DNA of 64,000 bases from Octopus sinensis (GCF_006345805.1 NC_043006.1:310001-374000); one strand, 5' to 3'; shown: positions 26,904 through 41,185, numbered from the stretch's first letter. The notes: a model not told the origin generated them from the letters alone. Made by a program: numbers and translations.

Positions 26904-27360
26904 CATCATCATCGTTTAACGTCTGCTTTCCATGGACAATTTGACTGAGGACTGGCGAACCAGATGGCTGCACCAGGCTCCAGTCTTGATCTGGCAGAGT
27001 TTCTACTGCTGGATGCCCTTCTTAATGCCAACCACTCCAAGAGTGTACTGGGTGCTTTTACGTGCCACCGGCATGAGGGCCAGTCAGGTGGTACTGGCAA
27101 CAGCCACGCTCAAATGGTGTTTTTTGCATGCCACCTGCACAGGAGTTAGTCCAGCAGCACTGGCAATGACCTCGCTCAAATGCTTTGTTTACATGCCACC
27201 GGCACAAGTGCTAGTAAGGTGACGCTGGTAACAATCATGCTCGAATGGTACTTTTTATGTGTCACCGGCATGGAAGCCATTTAGCTGCTCTGGCAATGAT
27301 CACACTTGGATGATGCTCTTAGCGCTCCACTAGCACAGATGCCAGTCATCAAATTTCGAT
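26904..27360 (-). mobile_element. RTE-tail-like short retroelement
   Basis: Same family; ends at GATGCCAGTCATCAAATTTCGAT. Confidence 0.85.
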
Positions 27361-28752
27361 GGAAGATTTTAATTTAGACTACTTTGAAACAGGAAATTTG
27401 CATCATGGGACCAGAAGTCTCAGCTGGGTTAGTATCAAGAGTTAACTTGATATATTCACGAACATTAACTTTAATTCCTTTTCTTTCAAATGAGATATTA
27501 CTGAGATGGTTTATCTCATTATCACTGGGAATCTTTCGTCAAAACTTTGTGTTAGTTTTTATTCCAAACACAGCTTAATAATGGTTTCAAATTTTGACTC
27601 AAGGCCAACAATTTTAGGGGAGAGGGTAAGTCAGTTACATCAATCCCCCAGTGCTCAACTGGTACTCATTTTATCGATCCCTGAAGGATGAAAGGCAAAA
27701 TCAATTCAACAGAATTTAAACTTAGAATGTAAAGACACATGAAATGCATGAGTGGATTTGGTAATGGAAGTTATTTTAATTCTTCATTATTTTCAAAAGT
27801 AATTGAAGCAACATCAATGTATTTCAACAGAAATAAGGTAACAAAATTCAAAGTGGCATTCACCATTGACCCCCCCCCCTCTACTCATATTCACCATTCA
27901 CTGCATTCACTTCTGTTCTCATCTCTCCATCTGCCATCCTCCTTTCACACTCCTGTGAACTTACCTACTCATTCATTCTGTCTAATCCTCTGGACCACTT
28001 ATGTTCACCTTCCTGTAACTTAACTCTTTTGTTACCAACCTGGCTGAAACTGGTACAAATGGCTCTCTAGTACAAATGTCTTGTTTTCATAAGTTTTGAA
28101 TGAAAATCTTCCACCAAACCTTAGTCATAATTTATGTTCCTAACACTGGCTTAATGACACCTAAGTTATTTTACTAAATTCTTTGTTTTATTTAAAGTAA
28201 TTCAAAGAAACACAGATCATCTCAACAGAAATACAGTAGTGAAAGGGTTAAGGTGGTGAAGAGGTGATACCCTGTCATCTCTTCACCATTGTCTCCCTTT
28301 TTCCACCTGGGGTAGTTGTGTATCTCCTCTCAGCAAAACACCTGTTCCTGTCCCTCTATCTTACTTTAATCTCTCATTATTGAGTATAAAACCATCTTCT
28401 CCCTCAATATTACCTCCACCCCGTCAGTTGAGGAGAGGAGGGTCTTGTCTTGCTAGTTACTTAGTGACTTTACTAGTACTAGTGTGACATAATAAATGCC
28501 CAGTACACTCTGAGGTGATTGGCATTAGGAAGGGTATCCAGCTGTTGAAACTATGCCTCAGCTGGCACTGGAGCCTCGTGCAGTGCTCTGGCTCATCAAA
28601 CTGTTCAACCCATGCCACCATAGAAAATGGCCTTTGAATGACGATGATGATAATTATCTAAATTAAAAGTTCACCATATAATTTAAGTTCACCATATAAT
28701 AGTCTAAACACTAGATTGATAAGGACAGTTCTTCAAAAAAATTCCTCATAAT

Positions 28753-28915
28753 AGGCGCAGGAGTGGCTGTGTGTTTGGTAGTTTGCTTACCAACCACATG
28801 GTTCCGGGTTCAGTCCCACTGCATGACACCTTGGGCAAGTCTCTTCTACTATAGCTTCGAGCCTTGTTAGTGGATTTGGTAGACAGAAACTGAAAGAAGC
28901 CCGTCACATATATAT

Positions 28916-28966
<51 letters not shown>

Positions 28967-29213
28967 GTGTGTGTGTGTGTGTATGTGTATGGATATGTTT
29001 GTGTGGCTGTGTTTGCCCCACACCCCACCCCACCCAACATCACTTGACAACCAACGCTGGTGTGTTTGCCTCCCTATAACTTAGCGGTTCAGCAAAAGAG
29101 ACTGACAGAATAAGTACTAGCCTAACAAAGAATAAGTCCAGAAGTCGATTTGCTCGACTAAAGGCGATGCTCCAGCATGGCCACAGTCAAATGACTGAAA
29201 CAACTAAAAGAGT
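28753..29213 (+). mobile_element. SINE family A, full length
   Basis: Head, central (TA)n(TG)n and tail all present. Confidence 0.9.
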
Positions 29214-32200
29214 ATAATTTTCAAGATCAAATGAAATAAAGGCAGTGTATATCAACTGAAACCTGGTTACAAAAGGATTAACGTGCGATTTATATCCTTC
29301 AAATAAGGATAGGTGTGAAGGCAGTTTTCATTGTGTTCAGGGCTTATTTAAATTAAACAAGTCAATCAACTGGGATCCATGCATAGACATGTTCAGAGAT
29401 GAGGGCATGGGTGGAGAGTTGTTGCTATGTTTCACTATTGGCTTGGTAGTATGAAAGTGGTAAATCAAATAATCATGAGTAGACCCAATACCAAATACAT
29501 TCAAATTTTCACCATATTAATTCAATAAGCCTCTACAGGGTTACTTAACTTCCTAAGTAGGTCAACTTTGCCTTTCATATTTTGGAGATTGATAAAATCA
29601 GTACCAGTTAAGTACTGGGATCTGTGTAACTGACTTACCCCCCCCCCCTAAAAAAAGTTGCTGGCCTTGTGCCAAAATTTGAAACCAATATTACTTATTG
29701 GCATCAATAGTTCATGTTTGTTACCTTCCAGAGCAGCAAATGAATGTCAGAAATGTTGTTTTAAAAGGGATAACAAACAAGATAAGGACCTTTTGAAATG
29801 GTAATTAATAATAGTACTAGCACACCTCAAAGTTTTTGTTACACATTTTAGGAACGCCCCCCCCCTTATTTTTAACTCCTCACTGTTTAGGGTTTATTGT
29901 TTATCCTTTGTTCACAAACTGCTGTTAGAAAGCTTCGTTAATTTTTCTTGTGTGTTTGTCATGCCTTGTTTGTTTTGTTTTATTTTGTTGTAAGTTTTGT
30001 GTATATTTATGAAGACTGTTCCTCGTTAGTTCAGTTGGAAACTATTATTTTTAATGGCTAACAGAACTGTTTGAAGAAATGGTAGATTCAGTTTTAAGTA
30101 GATTCATCTCAGTTTGATCCCAAGATGTAAGAAAAAGGCTTTGGAAGGAGAAATTTGATACTCATTTATTCACGACCACTTTGAAATACCAATGACTTAC
30201 ATTTTTATTGCCTTGTGAATGAGAGGGACAAGTGAACCTATTTAGGGAGATTGGTGTTTTCTTCAGTAAGAGACTGTCTTATCTCTTAGACAACTAACAA
30301 AGACAAGAATTAACCGCTTAGCATTTAAACTAGCCATATCTGACCCAAATATTCTACCCCCCATTTTATGTTCAAACTGAGCATATCCAGCCTTTCACGT
30401 TTACTCTGCAATGTCATTCTAAAAATAAACAATCACATCGTCGAAATCTGAAAGCCACAAGATTATGCACGATTAATTCAAAAACGATGTGGATAAATAA
30501 GCTTTATATTAGACAGAGTAGTCTGAATACTAAGGGGTTAAACATTAGATCTTTGAATGTTGCATTTGTGAAAGGATTAAATTTTTGTCAATGAAATTAA
30601 GGGTATCATTTCAAAACCATAACAGAATTACCAATCTTTAAATGTGGAAAGTTTTAAATTAGTCTTACAGATACGAGATTTCTAAAATGATGGTCCTGTT
30701 TTCGCCAGGTTTTCATTATCAAAGTCCTATCAGAACTACATCTGAGTAGTGTTAAAGTACAGTTTATTTCTAGAATACTGTCTTAAGAGCCACAGCTTTA
30801 TCAAATAAAGCAGTCCTACATTCAAAACAGTTATGGCTGGATCCTCTCTGACCAACTGTCTGCTTGATTATGGCTAAATTACTTCATTATTATTAAATTA
30901 AATTCTATCTACATATGACCTAGCCGTCTGTACCATAGACCTAGACACTGAAGCACAATGCAGTCTTCAGACTTATACTGTCAAACTAAGTGATGACTGA
31001 CAATACATAAAAGTGAGGGAAAGCAGCAGAATAATAATAACAATACAGTAGACAGGGGAATGATGAGAGGAAGAGAGATAGTGTTAAACTAAATGTAGAA
31101 CAAATAAAGAAGATTGATAAACGTGACTGTGCCACCTAGTTCTGTTTGAATTAATAAATTTTCCAAATGACCGTTGAGTGTTTAGAGCCTTCTGTTACAA
31201 TATTTCTTTTGAAACACGCTGCCTTTGTTACGATTAATTTTGAAAATGATAAAGAATTTGGTAAAATAAATTTTTCATTATTAAACTAATGTTTGGAACA
31301 TAAATTAATAATGCAGTTTTGGTGGAAGATTTCAGTTTAGATCACCTGAAAGCACCAAGTTTGTAAGAGAACCTCAGACAGGTTCTGTTACACTTTCTGC
31401 CAAGGATTTTGGTCTACAAACAAGTTTCCCTTTATTCTTGAATTGATTTCACTTCCTTTTATGTTTTGCTTTCTAGAAAAGCATAATCGTTCCCACTTCA
31501 ATTCCTCCTTCCCATAAAATTTTCATATTCCATGCCTACCTAAAGGAATCAGTTTGGTGCACCGAGACATTGAGTAGGGGACAGAATATCTTGTAGTATT
31601 TGTTCTGGCTATCTGCATGCTGAGTTCAAATACAATCAAGGTCAGCTAAATCTTTCATTCATTTTGGGAGTCAATGAAATAAAGTACCAGTCGTGGATAG
31701 TAGCTTGTAGAATTGTTAGAGCTGGATGCAATAACTAGTGGTATCTCTTCCAACCCTTCGTGTTCTGAATTCCTGACAATAGACTAAATGCATTCTCTGG
31801 TTTAACATCCCCACCTGGTCCCTGGGTACCTTTAGTGGGGTTCACCCTATTGCAAGCATTTAGGCCAGCTCTCCAGTTTGAGTAAATCCTCCTTCCCCCT
31901 CTCTCACCAGTTTTTGGAGGCTCTGGGAAAATAAAGGCTCATGGGTACTGTTCTTCCATTCTTTGAATAAATGGTAAAACACAAAAAAATAAAAATAACT
32001 GTACTTTCTTCGTGTACGAGTCATTTAACTGCTTGGCTTTATCAGATGACCCTGTTGCCTCATTCATTTCTCTCATCTCTCTCTCTCTTTCTCATATACA
32101 CACACACATACTCTCCCTCTCTCACTCATAGACACACATCCACACACATACACGTGCGCTCTTTCTCTCTCTCATAGATGTACATACATACACACTTTGA

Positions 32201-32236
32201 CTTTGATGTTACTAACCTTTCACATCTAATTACCAG

Positions 32237-32281
32237 GTACATGGACACCTTTCAACCCAGAAACTGTACGATTGATGGTTG
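32237..32281 (+). CDS. PDCD6: PDCD6/ALG-2 coding exon 3 ((G)TWTPFNPETVRLMV(G))
   Basis: taccag|GT ACA TGG...GTT G|gtaagt; 45 nt; GTWTPFNP is the ALG-2 signature; too short for the ORF track. Confidence 0.95.
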
Positions 32282-33054
32282 GTAAGTTAAACAGTTATCT
32301 TTCCTCCTTTTAATATAATCATTTGTCGTGGTTCAACATGTGTAAAGATTTGTTTAAGCTTATTTTGGTACCTTTTTATATGTTTAGCCATTTCTAATTT
32401 CTATCATGTAAGAAAGACCCCCATAAGAGATGTTCATCATTATTCTCTAATGTCCATTTTCAATGATTGCATGGAGGAGACAATTTGTTGTGGTGGATTT
32501 TCTCTGGCCAGGTACCCTTCCTGCTGCCAAACCTCATTTGTTTTGGAGCAAGGTGAATTTCCCCATGGTCAGACATCTTTCTCATGAAAGACCAGAAATG
32601 AACATTGCTTGTGTGAACAGGGATGTTCGTTGCCAACCATCACATGATGTCAGAACGAGTACACACACACACACACACAAACACTGAGCTTCTTTCAGTT
32701 TCTGCCTGCTAGATCCTCTCATGTGGCTTTGATCAACCCAGGGCTACAGTAGAAGACATTTGCTCAATGTGCCATGCAGTGGGATTGAACCCAAGATCAC
32801 ATTGATGATGATGATGTTATATCTGCTGTTGACTTTTTTCGGTAAATAAGCTGAAAGCTTCTTCACCAATGGTATCCAGGTGCTACAACTCTGATGGAAG
32901 AAATGTGTGGATTACAAACCTCATTTTTTGTCACATTCCATGAGAGTATCTTGATCAGTCTGTGAATTTTTCAACCAACCCTTGTATGTATGGTTGTGTG
33001 AACCTTTGTCTCGACATCATGTGATGGTTGTAAACAAGCATCATTGTTATACAA

Positions 33055-33587
33055 ATCAAAATCAAAACCAAATTCGATGACTGGCATCCGTGCTAGCGGG
33101 GTGCAAAGAGCACCATGCGAGTGTGATTGTTGACAGAGCGGCTAACCGGCTTCTGTGCTAGTGGCACATAAAAGGCACCATTCGAGTGTGATCTTTATCA
33201 GCGTCGCCTTACTGGCACTTGAGCCCTGTGCTAGTAGGGTGCTAAGAGCACCATCTGAGCGTGATCGTTGCCAGAGCAGCTAACTGGCCTCTGTGCCGGT
33301 GGCACGTAAAAAGCACCATTCGAGCGTGATCGTTACCACCGTCGCCTTACAGGCACCTGTGCTGGTGGCATGTGTAAAAAGATTCGATTGAGGTCCTTGC
33401 CAGTGGCATGTAAAAGCACCCACTACACTCTCAGAGTGGTTGGCGTTAGGAAGGGCATCCAGCTGTAGAAACTCTGCCAGATCAAGATTGGAGCCTGATT
33501 GCAGCCTCCTGGCTTGCCTGTCCTCAGTCAAATCGTCCAACCCATGCTAGCATGGAAAGCGGACGTTAAATGATGATGATGATGATG
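33055..33587 (+). mobile_element. RTE-tail-like short retroelement in PDCD6 intron 3
   Basis: Begins AAATCAAAATCAAAACCAAATTCGATGACTGGCATCC, ends GGACGTTAAATGATGATGAT. Confidence 0.87.
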
Positions 33588-33790
33588 AAAGGATGTTGTC
33601 CATTTCTAATCTTCTATGTAAAACATGTCAGACCATGGGGAAATATTACCTTGCTTGGAAACAGGTGAGTGTTGGTGACAGGAAAGGCATCTGGCTGTGG
33701 AAAGTTTGCCTGAACAAATACTGTCTTTAGTGAAGAATGCAACAGCAGTAATTTGTTTTTATGAATAACTACTGTCGCCTCACTTAATGA

Positions 33791-34015
<225 letters not shown>

Positions 34016-34361
34016 TAACTTTTCCCATTTTGATAATAGAATTTATCTTCCAATATTAGTTTGACACCACCTCTCTTTCCCTCATCATTCCTCTGTCTAC
34101 TGCATTGTTATTACTATTCTGCAGTTTTCCCTCACTTTTATGTATTGTCAGTCATCACTTACTTTGACAGTATAAGCTGAAGACTGCATTGTGCTCCAGT
34201 GTCTGGATCGATGGTACAGACGACTCGGTCATTTGTAGATAGAATTTAATGACCCTACATTAAAATAATAATGAAGTAATTTAGCCATAATCAAGCAGAC
34301 AGTTGGGTCAGAGAGGATCCAGCCATAACTGTTTTGAATGTAGGACTGCTTTATTTGATAA

Positions 34362-34679
<318 letters not shown>

Positions 34680-35417
34680 TAACAATCCTATCTACTGTAG
34701 GCACAAGGCCTGAGATTTTTAGGGAGCCAGCTAGTAGATTACATCAACCCCAATACTCAACTGGTACTTATTTCATCGACCCTGGAAGGATGAAAGGCAA
34801 AGTCAACCTAGGTGGAATTTGAACTCAGAATGTAGAGATGGACGAAATTCTGCTAAGCATTTTGTCCAGCATGCTAATGATTTTGCAAGTTTGCTACCTT
34901 TTTAAAGAATTTACCTTTAATAATAATAGTAATGAGCTTAAAGTATACAGTGCTAAGGTGCACTACATTTCATTAGAAAAGGTTAAAACTGCAGAGAGAA
35001 ACCACAAATGGTCAAATGTAGGAAAGCAGCAAGGGAAGTGAGAAGTATTTGCACAACACAGAATAAAACAGAGACAGAAAAGTGGACCGTAAAAGAGCCA
35101 TAAAGAGGAATGAGTACATAGGCACATCAGAGTACAAGCACATCAGAATAGTGTTGGAAATTTTCGGGAAGCATGGACTTTTAAAAAATGCAGTGTTCTA
35201 ACAGCTAACAACCAATGTTGGTAGCTTAGTCTATGGTTTGACAATTCTAGGTGTATAAAAGTCATGGGTGCTCTGCTGTTTTTTTTTTACTTTCTAAGCA
35301 TGTCCACAAATGGTTGATATATTGAATTAAAAAAAAGATGGATAAAAGTTGTTCAAAATATCGTGCATAATCTTGTGGGCTTTTACCTAGTCAGTGGCTA
35401 AATATTGAAACTTTAGC

Positions 35418-35675
35418 AGAGTGGTTCCTAAACATTTTCAGGCCTTCACCTCCTTAGCCCCCAGGTCACATTCCTAGTGCCCCCCACCACTCACCACCAC
35501 AAACAGACCACTTTCTGCAGCAAATTCAAAACAATATCATAAATAAACTTAACCTAATTAATCCATCTTTTACATCCATTGACCAACCCATTACCACCCC
35601 ACTTTTCTTCAACATCCTCCTGGATTTTTCCACTACCCCCAAGGGGGCAGTACCATCCACTTTGGAAACCACTGC
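35418..35675. mobile_element. hAT-like MITE
   Basis: Terminal CAGAGTGGTTCCTAAA / TTTGGAAACCACTG. Confidence 0.55.
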
Positions 35676-36036
35676 TTTAGCATGTTGATGCCCAGAGAAG
35701 CAATATTTTCAACATATGGTAAATGACTGACACAGTATTCATCTGATTGCATGACTCTGGACACTTTACAACAGATTGATATTCTGGACTAAATGGGGAG
35801 ATGTATATTCAAATTGTTATGTCTTGAGGTTGAATATCTTATTGCTAATAATGTTATGGTGACGTTGGGGTGTGCACATGGGTGTAGGAATAGTATTACC
35901 CAAATAGATATTTGGATATGGTTATCTAGTTTAACCTTTCACAGAATTAATATGTTCACACAGAATGTGCCCCAGACTATTCTAAATATTGATACCATAT
36001 TAAACTATCACAGTAATCCAATATGAATGGTCAACA

Positions 36037-36296
36037 CTGTCAACTGCTGACTGTCCACTGTCCATTGTCAACTGCTGACTGTCCACTGCCCGCTGTCAAC
36101 TGCTGACTGTCCGTTGTCAACTGCTGATTGCCCACTGTCGACTGGTGACTGCTCGCTGTCAACTGCTGATTGTCCACTGTCCACTGCCTGCTGTCAACTG
36201 CTGACTGCCCACTGTCGACTGCTGACTGCTCTGCTTGCTGTCAACTGCTGACCACTGCCAGCTGTTGACTGTCCACTGTCTGCTGACAACTGCTGG
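36037..36296. repeat. CTGTCAACTGCTGACTG(T/C)CCA minisatellite
   Basis: About 10 variable units. Confidence 0.85.
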
Positions 36297-37244
36297 TGGT
36301 GATTACAGTGAATGTGATAAATTCTATTAAAAATACAACTGGTGCTGTTCCTCTGCACAAACACACATTTTTTTTATGCAGAGTCCTCATTTTTTACTGG
36401 GCTTCACACATGGAAAAACTATAAATTATTTATTCAAAGCAGCTAAATTCTTGATTATTTTCTAAATACATTGACGTTTTTGGTTTATATAATTAAAAAT
36501 CTGGTCAAGTAACATTTAAAGCAAACTCGGTTGTCTCCCCTCTTCAATGATTTCAAATCTTCATTTCACGTCCATTTTTGTATCCTTTGCATAGATAAGA
36601 CCGAATATCTTGAGGCAGATATTCTTTGCTTGGGATACCATTACTGTCACCAACCCCCACTTGTTTCCACGCAAGGTAATACATATGTACGACAGGCTTC
36701 TTTCAGTTTCCGTTTACCAAATTCACTCACAAGGCTTTGGTCGGCCCGAGGCTATAGTAGAATACACTTGCCCAAGGTGCCACGCAGTGGGACTGAACCG
36801 GGAACCATGTGGTTGGTAAGCAAGCTACTTACCACACAGCCACTCCTACGCCTAAACTTTTCCCATTTAGATGATATGTGTTCACATGCTTCACTGGATT
36901 TAGGGGACTTTAGTGTTTTGGCCTCATTGTGTGACTCCTCAGTCAAAGAGTACAGCCTCTTGTTTATAGGAATCAGTAAACAAATTATTTGCTGATCTCT
37001 GCCAAACTGATAATTCCAGGAGTGCATGCAAGGCAGTGAGAATCTGCCAGAACCTACTAAGAATGAATAAATACCTTATTGTTTAGATTCTCACGGTTCT
37101 GCATGAATCAGATTTCGTAGCTCTCTTTAAACTTACAACAAAGTTACAGTTGTCAATGCTGCAGAATAATCATGGAATTATCAGCAAGTACTGCTAGCAA
37201 TACACAGGATTTATATATCTATATATATGTATATATATATGTAG

Positions 37245-37739
37245 AGGCACAATGGCCCGCTGGTTAGGTCTCACGCTCGTAGGATCGCGGTCTTGATTCC
37301 CAGACCAGGGATTGTGAGTGTTTATTGAGCAAAAACACCTAAAGCTCCACGAGGCTCTGGCAGGGGATGGTGGTGATCCCTGCTGTACTCTTTCACCACA
37401 ACTTTCTCTCACTCTTTCTTCCTGTTTCTGTTGTACCTGTATTTCAAAGGAACATCCTTGTCACACTCCGTCATGCTGAATCTCCCCGAGAACTACATTA
37501 AGGGTGCACATGTCTGTGGAGCCCTCAGCCACTTGCACGTTAATAAATGAGCTGCGGTGTCACAGGTGCTAAGCTGTATCGGCTCCTTTGCCTTTCCCTC
37601 GGATAACATCAGTGGCGTGGAGAGGAGAGGCTGGTATGCATGGGCGACTGCTGGTCTTCCATAAACGTTGCCCGGACTTGTGCCTCGGAGGGTAACTTTC
37701 TAGGTGCAATCCCATGGTCAGTCATGACCGAAGGGGGTC
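37245..37739 (+). mobile_element. tRNA-derived SINE family C (antisense partial copies at 46603-46915 and 18049-18343)
   Basis: GGCACAATGGCCCGCTGGTTAG head; 3' end CCCATGGTCAGTCATGACCGAAGGGGGTC matches the reverse complement of 46603-46700. Confidence 0.85.
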
Positions 37740-38103
37740 ACACATATATATATATATATATAGGATTGTAGGTGATGGTGCTATGTAAAAACACTTGTGC
37801 CAGTGCCACCTAGAAGCACTCCTGCAGGTGCCACATAAAAGTACCCAGTACACTCTGTGAAGTGGTTGGCATTAAGAAAAGCCACCCACCCACAGAAACC
37901 ATGCCAAATCGGACAACTGGAACCTGGGCAGCTCTCTAGCTGGCCACCTCCTGTTAAACCGTCTAACTCATTCCAGCATGGAGAACAGACATTAAAAGAT
38001 GATGATGATATATGTGTGTGTAAACAATGTTTCTTTTGTATTGCTTCTACGTATTTTTTTTTATTTATTTAATGTTAAAAGCGTTTTTCTTTTTCTTTTT
38101 CAG

Positions 38104-38205
38104 ACTTTAACAAATGCCTTTCAAGTTCACGACAGAGATCGCGATGGTGTCATTCAGATTTCATACGAAGATTTTCTTGGACTTGTATTCAGTCTTCGTA
38201 CTTAG
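38104..38205 (+). CDS. PDCD6: PDCD6/ALG-2 last coding exon 6 (EF5; TLTNAFQVHDRDRDGVIQISYEDFLGLVFSLRT*)
   Basis: pyrimidine tract ttttctttttctttttcag|ACT TTA...ACT TAG; EF5 dimerisation motif with ISYE. Confidence 0.96.
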   Translation, partial: TLTNAFQVHDRDRDGVIQISYEDFLGLVFSLRT

Positions 38206-38448
38206 CTACTTTTTTTTTTTTTTTTTGTAATCTGTATCCATGTTACAAATATTGTAAACCGATATAGTGTTATGATACCATGAAAAGAAGAATATTCTCG
38301 TCAAAATATAATCTGTGTCAAGCCACATCAGATTATCAACATGGTGGTGAAGAAACTTGGTTTTTTTACATAATAGAAAAGGAAAGATTCACACTGTCGT
38401 AACCTTTTTTTAACATACAAAATAATTTAGATGGAGAATATTTGTTAT

Positions 38449-38608
38449 AATAAAACAATGGAGTGTAATTGAAAAAAAAATATTAAATTTATTCAAATTT
38501 CAATATTCTTGTATCTCTATTTACCTCCGGTTATATAAATATTTTACATACAAATTTTTCTTCTCTCCCCTTTGTATCTTTGTAAAAGCAATATTTACAT
38601 TCATTAAA
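38449..38608 (+). terminator. Candidate PDCD6 polyadenylation signals
   Basis: AATAAA 38449-38454, ATTAAA 38482-38487 and 38603-38608 (the last followed by a U-rich tract), within an AU-rich repeat-free stretch after the stop codon. Confidence 0.5.
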
Positions 38609-38650
38609 ATTGTTTTTATTTTCAATGGACTGTACTTATTTTTATATATT

Positions 38651-38878
38651 TTAACCCTTTCGTTACCAACCCGACTGAAACCGGCTCTGGCTCTGAGTAC
38701 AAATGTCTTGTTTTCATAAGTTTGGAATTAAAATCTTCCACCAAACCTTGGTCGCAACTTATGTTCCTAACACTAGCTGAATGATAACTAAGTTATTTTA
38801 GTAAATTCTTTGTTGTATTTAAAGTAATTGAAATAAACACAGAGCATCTCAAAATAAATACAGTAATGAAAGGGTTAA
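38651..38878. mobile_element. TTAA-flanked (piggyBac-like) MITE; relatives at 38992-39181, 28020-28251, 30310-30541, 12496-12751 and fragments near 4676, 26632, 31190, 39340
   Basis: TTAA|CCCTTTCGTTAC ... GTAATGAAAGGG|TTAA. Confidence 0.85.
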
Positions 38879-40539
38879 GGTGGTGAAAAGGTGATACCCT
38901 GTCATCTCTTCACCATTGTCTCCCTTTTTCTACCTGGGGTAGTTGTGTATCTCCACTTCAACAAGACACTTCTGGGCCACTTATGTTCAAACCCTTTTGT
39001 TACCAACCCAACTGAAACTGGTACCAATGGCTCTGAGTACAAATCTCTTGTTTTCATAAGTTTATGTTCCTAACACTAGCTGAATGATACCTAAGTTATT
39101 TTACTGAATTCTTTGTTGTATTTAAAGTAATTGAAATAAACACAGAGCATCTCAAAATAAATACAGTAATGAAAGGGTTAAATCTAAATTTGAAATATTG
39201 TCTGAAGTAAAGATTAGTTTAGGTATTTTTGGAATGATAAATATTGTGAAAAGAATTTATTCAGAAAGTATTTTTTACAGAAATATTTAAATGTGTAAAA
39301 TTTTCAAATTTAGAAGTTTCAGTTCTAGAAAGAATCCTTACCATTTTTGTTATCATATTCCTCTTGAAATACACTGCTTTTTTTCCCAATTTGTTTTGAA
39401 AGTAATTAAAAATTTAGTGAAATAATTTTGTCATTATTTAGTTGGTATTTGAAGCATAAATTAACATGAAATTTTGATGAACGGTTTTAATTTAGTTCAC
39501 TTTACCCCTTTTGTTACTATGTTGAAATGTACTGCCTTTTTGCAGTTAATTTTAAAATAATGAATTGTTGGTAAGAATGTGCTGGTGTCACATGAACAGC
39601 ACTGGTGCTAATGCCGCATAAAAAGCACCCAGTACACTTTGTGGAGTGGTTGGCACTAGGAAAGGCATCCAGCTGTAGAAACCATGCCAGAACAAATAAT
39701 GGATCCTGGTGCAGCCCCTGGCCTTACCTGCTCAAGTCACACTGTCCAACCCATGCTTGTATGGAAAACAGATGTTAAATGTTGATGATGAATGTCTCAG
39801 GAAAGAATCTCTGGACAGGTTTTATGGGCAGAAACCAACCGACAGGAGATCCTAGGGGTAGATCACAAACAAGCAAAGATGGTTGGATAACATCCATGAG
39901 CTCAATGAGTCTCACTTAATAATCCAGTCAGATGAAAGGCATACTTGAGGACTTTGGCCCCCATGACCTTACCAGGAATAAGCGAGCAGAAAAGATGAGA
40001 TGAAATAATGAAGAATTTATTTAAATAACTTTGTCGATATTAAGCTGATGTTTGGAACCGAAACTGATGCAAAATTTTTACAGAAGGTTTTAATTTAGAT
40101 CATTTTAAAACAGGGAGTTTGCCCCGCAGAAGCAAGACTGTCTTGAGCAGTTTGGTACGAAAGGGGTTAAATATACACAGTGCCTATTCAAATGTGAAGT
40201 AAAAAAAAATGTAAAGATAGCAATAGCAGTCTACTGCTGATCCTATCCATCTTCCAGTCTTAATACTCATTTCTGCTAGTTGAGTAAACCAGATCAACAT
40301 TAAAATGTTTTCTCTCCTACTTACTAAAATTATGTGAGTGTGTGCTTGCATGAATAGAAGCAGGATTATGTGGTTAACTTGCTTGCTTCCTAACTTCATT
40401 ATTTCACGTTCAGTTCTACTGCATGGAACCTGGGACCATTATCTTCTACTTTAGCCCTAGGCTAACCAAAGCCTTGTCATTGGATTTACTTGGTGGAAAC
40501 TGAAAGAAGCCCATGGTATAAATATATGAGCATGTACAC

Positions 40540-41060
40540 ACTTACACCATGGCCTCCAGAACCTGGTGCATGCAATACTCACTGTATACCATGGAAGATT
40601 TTCAAACGCCACCTTGGCCTTGGTGTTGCAGGCAAAGCTGTTGGTGTCTTTCTCAACAGTGCCCCACATGTAGCAATCCATGGGATAACAATTGGGGAAA
40701 TTAGGAGGCCAAAATTGGGGCTGGTGAAGTCATAGAAATTCTCCAGCAACCATTTCTGACTCTTTCTTGGAGATATGGCAAAGGGCCAAATCTTGCTGCC
40801 ATGCATGTGGCCTTTCAGAAGCAATTCTCTCCAGCAAGTGTTGACCACAACCTCCAGTAGCTTCATCTGCATGGAGCCTAAGGCCCTGATTACCTTTACT
40901 GAAGACACACCCAAAGACCACAACACTTTGGAGGAACTTGGTTTTCATGATGTCCATGTCACATATTACATCCTTTACAGTGTTCACAGAGAATTGAGGC
41001 CCAGTGGGAATCATCAGGATGGAATTCTAGCTTCCAGTCTTTCGTGTTGTCTAACTTTTT
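40540..41060 (-). mobile_element. maT (DD37D) Tc1/mariner transposase relic
   Basis: After correcting two frameshifts: WQQD-(37 aa)-PMDCYMWGTVEKDTN. Confidence 0.75.
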
Positions 41061-41185
41061 CTTGACTACAACTTGGATCTTTATGCTCTCCAGCTCAGTT
41101 GACTGTTCATCAGTCAAGCTGTTCCTGAAAAAAAGGGGACCTAGAAAAAAATCATCTAATTTAGCCTAAACACCCTGTACTGGCC

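Noticed and set aside
29732-29800. 69-nt AG/GT-bounded segment ending AATG|GTAATT, possible third exon-2 copy or poison exon
   Set aside because: No EF-hand similarity, wrong phase for exon 2, and a TGA in the phase-1 frame; only RNA-seq could support it
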